Source: Convolutriloba macropyga
Lineage: Eukaryota
Reading direction: 5' to 3'
Length of the DNA: 64,000 bases
NCBI RefSeq assembly: GCF_964194025.1
Contig: NC_134476.1
Location: forward strand, 4,092,001-4,156,000
Positions 12,960-26,900 of this stretch are shown here, piece after piece; position 1 is the first letter of the stretch, and each line of letters starts with the position of its first letter. The notes below the pieces were generated by a model. That model did not search any database and was not told the origin of the DNA. It saw only the letters and a program-made list of their open reading frames with translations. A program made the translations under genes and the position numbers.

Positions 12960-15900
12960 ATGATTAGCAATTCCCTCCGGCGCAGTTTTCCGCCATCTAT
13001 GTCTACGGTGAATATGCCACCACCTATTCCAGAAATGTCACCTGTCAACCTTCCTCAAATGGGGGCTAACAACTACATAAACCAATCTGGAATGTCCCTA
13101 CAAGGACATAGCAACGCTCCCAACCTGACTGACACGGTCGCTAACCAATCTCACATGCAGAAACTGATCTTAGAAGAAAAATCGCGAAGTGAAAAGCATA
13201 AATTGAACTACGAAAAGCTCAAAAAACAAACTGACCAGTTGAATTCGGAGTTTAAAACTCAAGGATATGAGCTACAGAATAAAAACGAAGAAATAAACCG
13301 AATGAAAGAGAAATTTAACAATGTCATTGGAGGTTTAGAATCAGAGTTGAAACGGAAGAGTCAGCAAATTGAGGAACTCGAAAGTCAAGCTTTGAGCTCT
13401 GAAAAAATGGAAGCTATCAAGTTCCAGGTCATTTCGGATCTGCAAACGACGTTCAAACAACGTATGCAAGATATGGAATTAGACGTTGAAAAATATCGAG
13501 GAGATTTTAATAAACTAAGACACGACCACGCATTTTTGAAATCTGAATACGAAAAGCAAGCTTACGAGTATAGCAAAAATTTAGAAGAATTGAATTTCAA
13601 GCGGGAATCTGAGAAAAACGAGTTATTAGCATCGAAAGAGCAAGTTGCTAAAATTGCCGAAGATGAAAGATTAGCTTCCGAAGATAAAATCAAAAGTCAT
13701 GTCAAGGAAAACGCTTTTTTGAAGCAAAGGTTACTTTCTCAACAAGCTATGAACTCGGAGCTAAATCAACAACTTGAAAAATTGCGCAATGATACTGATC
13801 TTCGAGATCGTGGTCATGTTAAAAACATCACAGATTTGGAGGCCAAAATCAAGATTTTTGAAATGGAAAAAGTTAGTCTTTCTAGTCAAATTGAGAAGTT
13901 AAAGACAGATATTATCGATCAAGTTAATCAATTACGTGATAAAGAAGCTCGAATGAATGAAATTGAACGCGATAATCAGCGGGTTTTGCACGATAACGAA
14001 AGTTTATCGCATCAAATTAGTATCAAAGAAGGCGAATTAAAACTTGCAATGACCAAATTTGTAAATTACGATTCGGAGCAAACTACAAAATTGAAAGAAC
14101 TCATGGAAGACGCCATTACGGAGAAAGAGGTTGCATTCATGCAAGTTGAAAAATTTAAGCAAATGTCAGCAAATAAAGAACGGGATTTTACCCGACGATT
14201 GGAAAAATCGAAAGAAGCGCATGGTGTCGAGTTGAACCAGATTTTGGAAGAAAAAGCGCAACTTGAGTCAGGGTTAATAACAGCTGAAAGCGACGTTAAA
14301 ACTTTGACTGAAAATTTGAAAGAGCAGAAATTTGACCTAAACGTCTCGGTCACCGAATGCTCGAATTTGAAGGAAGAGTTATCGAAATTCAAAGCGGAGA
14401 ACGAAGAATTTAAAGGTGAGTTACTGCTTAAGGACAGTGACTTGAAAGAAAAAGGTCAAGAAATTGCAAGTCTGGAAAAAAGCGTGGACGAACTTCAGTT
14501 TCAGGTGAAAAATTTGTCATCGCAGTTCGAAACTTGCAACATTGCAAAAGATTCGTTCGAAAAACAAAATGTAAAGCTAAATTCACAAGTTCGGGAAATG
14601 GAGACGAGTTTGATAACCATAAAACACTCAGAGCGAAGCCAATATCAGGGAACTTTACAAGAATGGTTCCAAGAAAAGTCAAAACTGAACGCCAAAATTA
14701 ATGATTTGACTCGAGAAAACGAAGTTTTGGAGAAGAAACTTAACAGAGCTGCGAAAGTTCATCTAGGTATGAAAACTAGCCTGAGAAATAAAGTTGCGAA
14801 TTTGAAGAAATTGTTGGACGAGTCGATTGCGAAAATTAAGTTTTTGGAACATAACGAACAGAAAACGAGGGGGATTGCCAGAGAAACGCATGACCAATTA
14901 AGGAAAGAATACAAAGCTTTGCTCAGGCAACACGAACATTTTAAGGATATCGTTCGAGTTAAAAGTAACTATGACCATGCGGCTTTTGTGCCTGAATTAG
15001 CTAAAAGTGCGAAATATGACCAAAGATGGATGCATTCTGATTGGCTAATGAATGATCCAATCCTGGCCAATCGGAAACTGAACGAAAGGTTGCTTCGACG
15101 TGATTGGATATTGAATGATAGTGGCTCGGCCAATGAAAACCAGTCGTCTGAACATCGTCAAACCCAAGCCAACCCAAAGCCGGGTGAACCACCGCAGCAT
15201 CTGTCCGAGGTTCCGGGAGGTCTCTATCAATGGACGGAACTCGAACAAGCTCGAAGGACGCTAGAAAAATTCAAGAAAAGTCAGCGAAAATACGACGAAT
15301 TGCAGCATCTAGCCGAGTTCCGACACGCTGGAAGCTTGATGTACGATATTTCGAACTTCACTCTTCCCGAAATGCCTAATTTGGCTATTCCAGATGTCCC
15401 CGGCTCGGATATTTTCCCAGATTTGGGAATTAGCCCGGTCGCTACAAATGATTTGTTGTTTGATCACGAACATCTGATGTCGTCGGAACGAATCAGAGAT
15501 TTGATTCCGGATGATTTGTTCCTGTTAGAGGAGCGACCGGATTCCCCTCATGGGAGACACGGAGACTTGCTGCTGAATGAAAGTGAAGAGAACAGAGGTG
15601 ATGAAACTTTGCCTGAAGAAAGCAGACCAGGAGAGAACGAAGGTGAGTGCCGAATTGTTTGAATCGGAGAACTTTTTAAAATAATTTATGTGTGGTTAAC
15701 TCTTTAATACATTTAATCCAAAACTAGTTAAAACAGCCTTTGAAATTCGCGATAAATATTTGATAAAGTCAGTGCAAGCAACGTTTGCCAAATAAGCAAT
15801 TACAAGGCAAAATTAATAAGTTTATGGTATATTTGATGTCCTAGCGAAAATAAACGTAACAAGGATGGTCGGTAATGTGTGCGCACACGTAATGTTTCAA

Positions 15901-17563
15901 CTATTCCAAGGCCGAACAATTTATAAATCTTAAGGACAAAAGAACCGTTGTCTGTTGTTTTTTTTTTTTGAAGCTGGAAAAAGTTGTGCTACATGAGCAT
16001 GCTGACAGGTCTATGTAGTCTGTCCCATTAACTTGAAATAATTTAACGTTCGAAAACCTGAGAAACATGCAATTGAGCATGAATTTTGTCATTTGAATGT
16101 CAACGCTTTTGCCATAAAGCCATTTCATTTTTTCTTTACATTTCCAATTTCAATTTTATTTTTTGAAATCTGTCTTGTTTTTTTGAATGTTTGCTTATTT
16201 CAATATTATGGGCCATATTATATATGTTATTAATTGCTCTCGAACGAAGTTTTAATCAATTATTGTAACCGTGTTGGTCTTCTTATGTAAAATTTTTGCT
16301 TGACCAATTTAGCGCTGTTGTTCTAGCATATTCTGTGACTTCTCGAGTCACCCTTTCACGCTTCACTTTTTCATTTCTAGTGATTTAGGTTGCTCTTATT
16401 CTGAAATGAAGTTTGTTGCTAATATAAAAGTGACTGTTAGCGGTTGAGTAAAACAGTTGAGCAAAAACACTTAGTGGTTACGATGTTTGACTGCTATCCG
16501 TGAGGTCGCGGGGTCGAAACTCTCTCTGAGAACCGAAGCGCAAAACTGTGGATTCTTTGCTGTACTTTTTAACAATGTTGAAAAACGCTCTTGAAAACGA
16601 AATCTGATAACTGCGTTCAAATTCGAATTAGCAAAATGATTAATCTGGTAGATAACTATCTGGCTGCCAGGGAAAACTAATTAGAAGCTGTTACTGTTTT
16701 CATTTTTTTAAAAAAAAATTCTCTAATAAATCACTGGTGTGTGTGTTGCTGTTAATAGCCGCCGGTTTGAGATTATCAGTTTTTCAGTTTTTTGAAACTC
16801 TAAGAATCTCATACTCCAACAAATTTTTTTTCATATAAATCCGGTGCCTCTTTGAACGTTTGTTTTGAAAACGCAGACTTGTTGCTCGGCTGGTAGTGAA
16901 AGAAATCATATACAATCCTGGATTACTCATTCAGAACTTTATACTTTTGTGCTGAATTCGAGCACCTTGTTTGACAATACCTTTTCAGCATAAAAAAATT
17001 CAAACAAAGCAATAAAGTAAAAAATTAGGAAACTGAAATTATAATGAAGTTTGGCTTTGTTTTTGTTTAATTGCTCTCGAACAAGTTTGTAGCAATTATT
17101 TAAGTCTTGCGGTCTGTTTTAGCAATTTTTCGATTGGCCGGTTTTTTTGTCTGACCCCTTTGACTTTTCTTCCTCAAAAACGGGATAAACAGGTAGCGCT
17201 CGGAGGGCGTCAAGTTACTGAGCAGCTCTGTTAGAGTCTTACGCCTTACTAGTCTTCGCCGAAATTGTTTTAAGGAGACAATTTCATGATGTGAAGAGCG
17301 GTTCTTTATCATCTGAAAAGATTGACACGAGGCTGTTCTTGTTTTTGCCGTGACGTATTAAGTCCACTGTTTCAGATGAACGGCCTGCAAACGAAGATCA
17401 GCAAGTTGAAGAAAGAGCTCAAAATGAGGAAAATGAAAACGTCAATTTACCACCTATAGGGCAAAATGAAGGCGCCGGCGCTGACGGTCAACTGTTTTCT
17501 ATAGGATCAGACAGTTACAAAGTGACCCCACTCGCGAGTGATGATGAACCTCAGTTTTTATGA
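12960..17563 (+). CDS. CEP83: Centrosomal protein of 83 kDa (CCDC41), distal-appendage coiled-coil; join(12960..15642, 17376..17563)
   Basis: QKLILEEKSRSEKHKLNY and VEKYRGDFNKLRHDHAFLKSEYE match the CEP83 N-terminus as I recall it. Acceptor CCTTCAG at 12953. Donor G|GTGAGT at 15643 and acceptor TTTCAG at 17375 give an in-frame acidic last exon (DERPANED...EPQFL*). Confidence 0.85.
16232..16530 (+). mobile_element. HINE family A, 3'-truncated, with tRNA-like cassette (in CEP83 intron)
   Basis: 5' AATTGCTCTCGAACGA and conserved body; CTTAGTGGTT...GGGTCGAAAC. Confidence 0.65.
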
Positions 17564-18431
17564 ATTGAAACAAGTGCAATATTATTTTAACTGACCAAAT
17601 TAATTTTTGTACCCTTATTATATCAATTTAATAGACTAAATTTTCATACTATTTATGCTTTATATTCTTAAAATAAGTCTCCCGTTAACAAAATTTCGAG
17701 AACCCCTTTTTGAAAAATTTGGGTTATGTATGGAGCTGTAATTTGAATGATGCCTTATCTAGACTCCACTTTTGGATATGAGCTTAAAAAACTCCAGAAA
17801 AAAATGTCAGTCAGTTTAGTGCAATAGTTATTTCTCGACCAGCCTTTTTAGCCTGTCAGGTAGCAGTGAGTTAGTCAACGTGCTCATGATAAGTTTTCCA
17901 GTTCTTGTCATTAAACCACTATTTCCAGTTATCTCCTATTTATCATACTAATTGCCAAATTAGTGTCCTAATTGCCATCAATGCTTTTTATTAGTGTGCA
18001 GTAAAGCCGGTAGTTTATAGTTGTTACTGTCAGAATTTCCTTGTGGTATAAATGTAAATTAAGCTTTCGAAATGTAAATATTGTTCATGTTGTTATAAGT
18101 GATGACTGAAGTCATGAGCTGTAAATAGATTTTTAGCACAAAATTAGTATTCAGAAGTCAAAAGTAGCAAAATTCAACGCGACAAGTTAAACAGATCAGA
18201 CCGAAAACTAGAAAAGGACTTAGAATTGAAACTAAAGTCTGATGGATAATTTTCTGTTTAATGGATATCTGGCGGCCATAAAAGTTTTACGCTGGCTGGC
18301 TGATATTTCACCAAAATGTATTGCATCCTTATTGAAATTGAATTGAATTTGTCCACTCTTCGTGGGGTCTGTTTAACAAAAATACAAACAATTGCTGAAA
18401 ATGTATCCGCACCAATTGAAAGAAAGTTTTT

Positions 18432-18815
18432 AATTGCTCTTGAACGAAGTTCATATAATTAATGTAAATGTGTTGGTCTTTTTTATGCAAATTTTTCGCT
18501 TGACCATTTTGCGCTTTTCTTCTAGAACATTCTTTAACTTTTCAAGTGACTTTTTCACGCTTTCGTTCTTCATTTTTGAGTGATCTCCATTGCTCTCACT
18601 ACGAAGTAAAGCTTGTTGCTAAATTAAAATCGATTGCAGCATAGCAGAAGAAGGGACTGATAGCCGAGTGGGCAGTGGTTTTGGTCCGGGAGCGGGAGAT
18701 CAATGATTCGAATCCCTTGCAACCTTAAAGAAAATTTATCTCGGCTACAGTCGCTGCATTAAATTGCCTCGCCTGTCGTTCAAGAGCAATTCTTCCGACA
18801 TCAATTGGTTTATGT
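18432..18815 (+). mobile_element. HINE family A, full length, with tRNA-like cassette
   Basis: subTIRs AATTGCTCTTGAACGA / TCGTTCAAGAGCAATT, terminal hairpin, TTATGT; A-box TAGCCGAGTGG and B-box GATTCGAATCCC. Confidence 0.8.
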
Positions 18816-19402
18816 TTATATAAATCAATTGGTGTAATCAAATTATTTAGGATGTGAAGCATTCGAAGTATTTAGAGATATTATAGTCATAAAATTATAG
18901 TTACGGGAGTAAATTATTTCAAACTGAACCGGAAAAATTTTTTTACATCTCGAGCAAATTCAGAGTAAGCTTGCTGCATTCAACTTAACCTTGGATGAAT
19001 TTTTTGGCAAGCATAAGGAAATGCAAGAAATGCCTGATACTGTTAAAACTGCACTATCACCACAATCGGAACTTCAGGTTGAAAAAGGTGCCGAATAAGT
19101 TTCGCGATTTGTAACTAATGAAATTCCGTGGTTGCCCGATACTTTCTTCAGATTTTTGCATTTTATGTCAACTAAATGACACGGAGAACTTTGAATATGC
19201 ACAATACACTATCATTCTTTTGATATATTGTGAAGTAGATCAATTGAAAATACGCAACTTTTTCGATGTGTATTAAGTGCTCCTTTTCATTTTTCTTTAC
19301 ATCGAATCGAGTGAAGTAAATAGAGTGGAACACGGTGGTCATTAGACCCTAGCGGCTCTTTAATGTTGAATATTTGAATATTGCTTGAGCCTTACTGTTT
19401 TT

Positions 19403-19717
19403 AATTCCTCTCGAACGAAGTGCATTTTTGCTCTTTTCTTCTAGAACATTCTTTGACTTCTCAAGTGACTTTCATGCTTTCGTTCTTCAGTTTTGAGTGA
19501 TCCCTATTGGTTTTACCCCGAAGTAAAGCTTTTTGTTAAAATAAAACCGATTGCAGCAAACAATTGTGATGAGGGAGCGGGAGGTGCATGGTTCGAATCC
19601 CGGCATCATCCACTATTTTTGCACCCGTAAAGAAAAGTTTATCTATACTACAGCCCCTGAATTAAATTGCACCGCCTGTTGTTCGAGAGCAATTCTTCAG
19701 ACATTAGTCGGTTTATT
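19403..19717 (+). mobile_element. HINE family A, internally deleted
   Basis: Both subTIRs, hairpin remnant, B-box GGTTCGAATCCC followed by a T-run. Confidence 0.7.
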
Positions 19718-20929
19718 TTCTAAATCCTGTTAGTTCCAAGTGAAGAATGAATGATTTTTGACGGGTCTAGGTCATTTTCTAAATTTTTCAAAACTTGAAA
19801 TTAATAACTGGTTCCTTTAGTGTTTTCAAAAAGTTCGTTTGATTGTGAAAAGCTGCCAAATTTGCGGGCATCTGAAATTTGAAACGTATGAAGATATTTT
19901 GAAAATTTCGTTTGTAGACGCTTTAAACAGCTATCTCTGAATGAATTCATGGCGTGTGATGACATCTTTTGTAATCAGCAGCGTCAGCTATTTGAACCCT
20001 TTGTCTATATTTCACTGTTTCGATTAGATTTTACTATTTTTAAAAGTTCATCTACTATACCTATTATTATTATTATTACCTATTTGCTTTCAGATGAAGA
20101 TTGTTTGCTGCTCCTTTTGGCTATTTTGATTGGCACTTTGACCAGAAATTATGTATTAATTGGCTTGAATTTACCTGTCGTAACCTTTCTTATCTGTGAA
20201 ATTCCTGATGGGGTTAATGCATATTTATTCTAATTATTAATTTGGGCTTTAAGCTTTAATGCTCCACCAGTTGGCAAATGATGATGGCAGAGGTCTTATT
20301 TGACCAGCTTATCAAAAATATTTAACATCAAATTAATTAATATTGGCTGGAATATTTAGAGTGACAACAAATAGTTACTATTTAATTTAACAAATCTAAT
20401 ATTTGGTTATTTCGTCGAAAATTGATAAAATTCAGCTGAATTTACTTTTAAGTTGGCAAGCCTAATTGCAATATCCGTTCTGAATATTAAAAATTTTGAT
20501 TGCTTTGTGACAAGAATTCGTTTCCTGAGTTCGATTTTGAAGCAAATTGCGGGCATTGAATATTTTGAAAGCAAATTTCAATTGTCAATTTTCGGCTGTC
20601 TAAGTATCAGCAAAAAGTATTTTAACTGCTAGTTCGAGGGATATTATTTGGCATTGTAAAATTGATTGATTCAAGTGAAATTTACTGGAATAAGAACAAA
20701 TATATAGCATACAAGCTCTCTTTAATGATTGAAATTTAAATAAAATTGTTAAACAATTGCTTCCCGAGCTTCATATCGAATAACCTGCGGAATCAAGATT
20801 TTGAATATTTTTGGGACAACTTTTTGAAACAATTTTTGGCGGTTCGTTTTAATTATTTCAACGGGAAAATATTCAGTGATATTGCGAAATTAGACTAAAT
20901 ACTATACAATACTAGACTACTAAATCGGG

Positions 20930-23900
20930 ATGGGTAAAGATAGTGAGGCTCATAGAGTGGGAACAAGAGCGATCCATGCGGGCCAGGATCCCTTTAAATG
21001 GAAAAGTGGGGCTGTAGTGCCTCCGATTAGTCTGGCCTCGACCTTTGCTCAGTTTGCACCAGCACAATTGACCGAGTGTGGATTTGATTACAGGTAAGAA
21101 ATAATCTCTTTAACCATAAACATAATCTTGTTTTTTAATCTAATTGTTCCGACCCCACTTGTGGGGGGGGAGGAACTATATACTCAAATGGGTTTTTTTT
21201 GTTCAGTCAATTTTGGCCGATCGATATATTCATCGCAGAGAAATATGAGTGGTATCATTAAAAAGATGGTCCAGCGTTGAATTCAAAATTAAAAAGATTT
21301 TTTTGATTTTCGTTTTTTTCGAGGAGTTATCAAGGATTGAAGTTTTGAGTGAACACGGCATATTTGTACACTTTGTGTCATTTTTCTTCAAACTAAGATA
21401 TTTTCTATAAACTTCAAACTTCAAAAGATATTTCAAACTTAAATTTCTTGCCAAAAATGAACCAATTTTGTGTTCCTAACAGACTAAAGGCGATTAAAAA
21501 AGACTAGTTCTGGTCTCATAGGGAGCTTCAATATCAAAAAATTCGAAATCTATTTGAGAGCTCTTTTTTTTTAAACTTTATTACTTTTGTTACTTTTTTA
21601 AGTCACCTAGAGACAAGTCACTTTTCATATCGAGGTTCCGTTAATGATAAACCTCCTTTACAACCAAATGAAGCCCAATGAACAAAAAAAAACGTTTTCA
21701 AGGAATTGCTCATGTTTTTTTTTAACTTCGACTCTGTGAGTTTTCATTATTTGAGTTTTCTAATTTTTTGGAGTCTTATGGCATGGAATCATTGACTAAC
21801 TGTGCAAAATGTTCTGTAATGGGTTTTAAGTGAGCATATCTAGTGCTTTGAGTGGACAGCTAATGGCTGTTAAGACTTGAAAAATAATTTTTCGAAAACT
21901 TTATTGAACATTAACAAATCATAAAGTTATTATCGTGAACTGTAAGTCAGTCTCTGATGACAGCACCCTCGTCCGTCCCATTGTAACCAAATTTGATCTA
22001 TTTGGCGGTTTTATTTTCTAACTTTTAGATATATGACTTCAATGACACAATATTTCAAAAAGTTTTTAAATTTTTTTTGGATTTTTCCGTATTATTGGTT
22101 ACTTTTGAAATCTTTTCACATTATCCTGAAATTGAAAGCTGCTATTGGCTTCAAGAAGACATTCAGTGGATCAAGGATAATTTTTCAGAGAAAACCTTAT
22201 GGTTTCAGATGGCTTCGACCTTTTCTTCTCGCACTTCTCTCCTGAAATTTTTGTTTTTGCCTGATTTCGTTGTTGTTTTCATAGTCTTAAGACTTGTTGT
22301 GATCTCTTATTGATTATCTATGCATGACAAACACCTTTTTCCTGCCATCGTGTTATTTTTGAGCGTAGTTATTGACCTCTGTTAAAAGCTTGTGAGTTTA
22401 ATGGCTGTTAAGACTTTAAAAAAAAAGTTTTCGAAAATTTTTTGAACATTAACCGATTCTAATTTTTTTTCGTGGACTGTTTGTCATTTTAGTACCTACA
22501 GGATCCCTTTTATTTCTATTGCAGTCAAAAATAATCTGGTTAGCTGTTTTATCTTCTACCTATTAGTTTTAAGATTTCAATGCCAATAGTTTTCATATTT
22601 TTTTTCAAATTTTCGGGTTTTTTCTTATATTTGGATCCTTTGAAATCTTATCACATTATTCCAATACTGATAGTTCCCATTGGTTTAGGAAGTCGTTCAG
22701 CGGATCATATTTAAAGTTTTTAGAGAAAAACTTATGATTTAAATTACTTCGACACCTTAATACTTCGACACTTAATTGACCAAATATGAATGGCCAGCAA
22801 ATTTTTTGTCCCATGAAGGCATAATTTAGCGTATTTAGTGGATTCGTTGAAAGCTAATGAAGTTAATGGCGTTGATACTACGAGTTTTCTCAAAAATTTC
22901 GTGGTTCTAATGTATTTGTTCATATTTGATTTTTTAAAACAATATTGATAAAAAAGAGGGATCTCATTGCTGTTAAAGAATTGATTGAACATAGAAAAGT
23001 TTTTAGTGATGAGTTTATTGTTTAATGCCTACGACACTTTTCTCGCTCAATTTTCTTGAAATTGCTGTTCTTGCCTGTTTTTGTTCTTTAGGTTGCCCTA
23101 AATTGCTGGCAAGTCTCTCAGGCTTGTAACTGAGAATTGAATTAATGAGTTACCCAAATCAGTTAGTCAGTTTATAGCCTTTAGTCTTAAAGTTTATTAT
23201 ATACATTTTCAAACATTTTTCAAACTTTTCAGTTCTTGTTGTTCTTTTCGTCAAACTGATTTTCATCAGTGAGAGGTAACATGCAATTTCTTGTATTCCT
23301 AAAAATAACATATCTACTGAAATTATTTGTCACCGATGCTTTGTTTTTTGGACAATATGCATTTTTAAAAACGTTTTTCGAGTGCTCGTTTTTTGCGCTT
23401 CTTTTTCTCTTCTTTCAGAACAATCGCGTAGTAACAGATCCCAATGATTTACAAATGTAGCCCAAATAAATTTATTTAATCTCTCAATTTAATTCCTTCA
23501 GCTGAATTAGTAGAAATAAGAATTGAATTAAAAATACATAATACTCAGATAATAGCTAATGATTTTAATGGTAGCAATTGTTTGTGTTTTCGCAAATCGT
23601 TTCTAATTCTTTAGGTAGGTCTTAAGTTCATTTCTAAGGCTTAAACTACCCAAAGGCAAATCGTTTTGGTTTTCTAGTAACTTTTTAGTAATTTATCAAG
23701 GATTATTTAGTTAAAAGCTAATGATTTTTAAGACTTTTGAAATTTCTTGGTTTAAAAAATGTTGATTAATCTTTGAATTTCGCCTCATTGATCGTTCTCT
23801 TTGTTGACTTGTAACAGTCTCGTTAAGAAAACTTTCGGTCCGCTGTATAATTAGGAGAAATTAAATTTGAGTAGTTAAGGTTTTATCTGACTGCATTTTG

Positions 23901-26900
23901 ACGTCGTTACTATGTGCTTTTAAAATTAGATATTCAGTTTTCGCAGTGAAGTTTTTGTATTTGCTAATTTTTTGGTTGTTTTTTTGTCTCGTAGTGTCTA
24001 AGGTCAGATCTCGATGGCGCTGTAATAAGCCAGGGCATTATGTAATTCAATTAGTAGATAGGTTGTGTAACGATTGTTTTAAACTCAAACATCTATTTTT
24101 GTTATTTCTTCATTTGGTTGACAATTAAGTCAAAAATGTAGATGAGCTTGTGTCGGAACATCATGTGCGAACGCACATTAACGAGCCGCCTTGTTTAATA
24201 TAAAAATTTAAAACCAGTAGTGAAACAAACTGCTTCGATACAAAAACTAGAATTGAAAAATAGACGATTTGATTACATAAAATATTAGTTCAGTTCGTTA
24301 TCTTAACACAAAGTCTCTACTAATCTCGTTGGCCATTCGTGTTAAGCATTAGTTAAACTTCTTAATGTTTTAAGTTGATTTTTGTGGTTGTTACCCATTT
24401 TTTGTCCTTTTTGTTGTGTTAATACTCAGTCTCATAAATTATTTTTCTATTAGTTCGTTTTTCAGGCTGAAATCGACTCATTTCAGAGGCTTTGAGTGCA
24501 CTCTCCAGTTTGTAGCTTAGACTTTCCTTGACTTTTTTATAACCCGTTTTGTTAGACTTTTTTCATAAAGTATTAGTATTTATTCGAGTTTTACTGTATT
24601 TACTGTCCTTCTTACTCTCTCTTATGGCTTATTCTCATTAATGACAAGCCGCATTGGTTTTCGGTGGAGTTCTAAGGGATTGTTGTTTCAATTGATATTT
24701 GTTGGTTTTGTATTTCGAATTGAGTTAATTTTGAAAATGGATTTGAATTTTGCCCATTTTGGTTGGTGCCATTCCCTTTTGTGCGGCTATGTTTCCCATT
24801 TGGAATCGGAAGTGGAAAAGGATCTTTGAAAATGTCCACGATGTCCGTGTGTTACTTTATTGACTCTCAAGACATCGCTGAAAAAATGGAAAATTCGTCG
24901 AGAACTACCTTGCGGTTCGAAATATAACTCAAGAATATCGAAGTGACTTTAACAGAGTCACGTAACCTTGCTCGAAATACTCAATTTGCATGTTTTAAAA
25001 CGCAGAAAGTTACGGAAGTCATTTTCTGGTTATGTATATCAGAATTTCTGTCATTTTAATTTCTGGAACTGCATGCTTTCAGAATTTTCAACGTAACCGT
25101 GCTGGATACACGCTCTTTAAAAGGTTTGAAATCTGACACTGTTAAGACCTGGATTTCTAAAACTTGTACGTGAGTGGTTCAAACTACTGTTCATACTCTT
25201 GTGCCTCCCAAATTAATTTGAATAATGCCAAAAAAATAACTTGTTTGGTTTTTCAAAGAGTTTGAATGATTGACCCTCGTAATCGATCCGTAGGAGATTT
25301 TTTTTCTATTGATTCTTTTGAACAACTGAAACGTTTGAATGTACTTAAGAATGTCTAAAACAAATATCGATTAAGGGAGGTTCTTCAAGGCTGCAAATTT
25401 GTCTAATGAAATGCCCCCATTTTGCTTGCAAATACCAAGCAAATTTAATTGAGATTTTTAAAGAAGACAAAATTTCACTGTCTTGGAGTAATCACTGCAC
25501 CGAGACTGAATACATGAGCATGTGCAGCATCGCATACTTTTCTGCATCTGCGACATTTTATGGGAAAACTTTGTTTCGAGGCAAGAACTGATACTTTGTT
25601 CCCATCAGCAAACAAGAGTTCCCAATCTTGCTTTTATTTTTGCTTTTTTAACTGTCGGAAAACAAAATGGAGTGAAGTTTTTATTAGCGGTATGACGTTC
25701 TATTTTTTTTGTTATCGAAGTTTTTCAAAATTCTCATTGTTAAGGGGAACAATTTTTTCTGGTCATGTCATAGTGATCAGACTCCCATAATTTCCCAACC
25801 AAACCGCCTACAAGTCATTTTTAAAAATATCTCAAAAACCAACGGTTGTAGTACAATTTTTTAGAATGAAAAAGTACTTGATTTTGAGTATCTCTGAACT
25901 GTGTTCCCCTCCCCACAGATTACTTAATTTTGGAATTTAAATTGGAAAATTTGCGGTTTCGTCTGTGTATTTTTCATGATGTGCTGCCTTGAAAAATTGG
26001 TTTTAACTGTTTTAAGAAATTTCTTGGGAGTTTGTATCGACAATTTTATTGTTATGAATTTTTCGCACTCACCATATTGTCCTACCTGCATAAGTTCAGA
26101 CTGTGGTAAGTGCGCTGCACCCAAATTGCTTGCCGCCCTTTCCGAATTAAAAAAAGTGTACGAATTTTTGTTCTTGAAATGTTATATTTCAATTTCAAGA
26201 AGAAACAGTGAAAATTCCCGCTTTTAGTTACCAGCAATAGCTTTGTATTTGTCAAAACAGTTGATTTTAATTCATCCTCAAGATTGAAACGACCGAGAAT
26301 GAAATAAATTTTACTGCCCATTTTTCCGAGGTGAATAATGCTAAAAACAAAAATTTTTCTGCTATTTCTTTAGTTTTCTGTTGCATTTTCCCCGACCTTA
26401 TAAGCTTCTTCACTATTCTGTCTACCAGCCTATATGGCTTGGTCAGCTCACTTCAATAATTGGCTTTGACCGTTTCTGAGGTGTCAATTCCAAAAAAATG
26501 CAGTTTTGATGCTTTTGATGAATATCTTCATTTTTAAAAAGTTCTTAACCGATCTATCTAATTGGTAACTATGCTTTTTCTTTGGCAGTTATCGAGATAT
26601 TCATTTTCCGCTAATTTTTGGAGTAAAATATCTGGAATGCAAAAAAATGTACTGTTGACAAACCAACTGTTTAGCAGCCCGTTCGAGTTTTGTACAGCTA
26701 TGTTTTAGAGCTGTTTTGCTTTTCATGTGTTCTGAAAACTCGTGTTGCAAGTGTCATTTTTCAGCATAATTTTTTTGAATTCAATGCCAATAGAATTCAT
26801 GTTACTTTTTGAACTTAATGCTTATTTTGTCTTCGCTATCTGATCTTTTCCTCTCTTATATGAAAAGTTTTTTTTTCTATTTTAGGCTTTCCAACTTTGT

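Noticed and set aside
15643-15662. ORF-track C-terminus of CEP83 (GECRIV*)
   Set aside because: A consensus donor GTGAGT and an in-frame downstream exon indicate intron read-through.
18652-18722. Functional tRNA genes within the HINE-A copies
   Set aside because: Promoter boxes are present, but acceptor and anticodon stems do not pair into a canonical cloverleaf.
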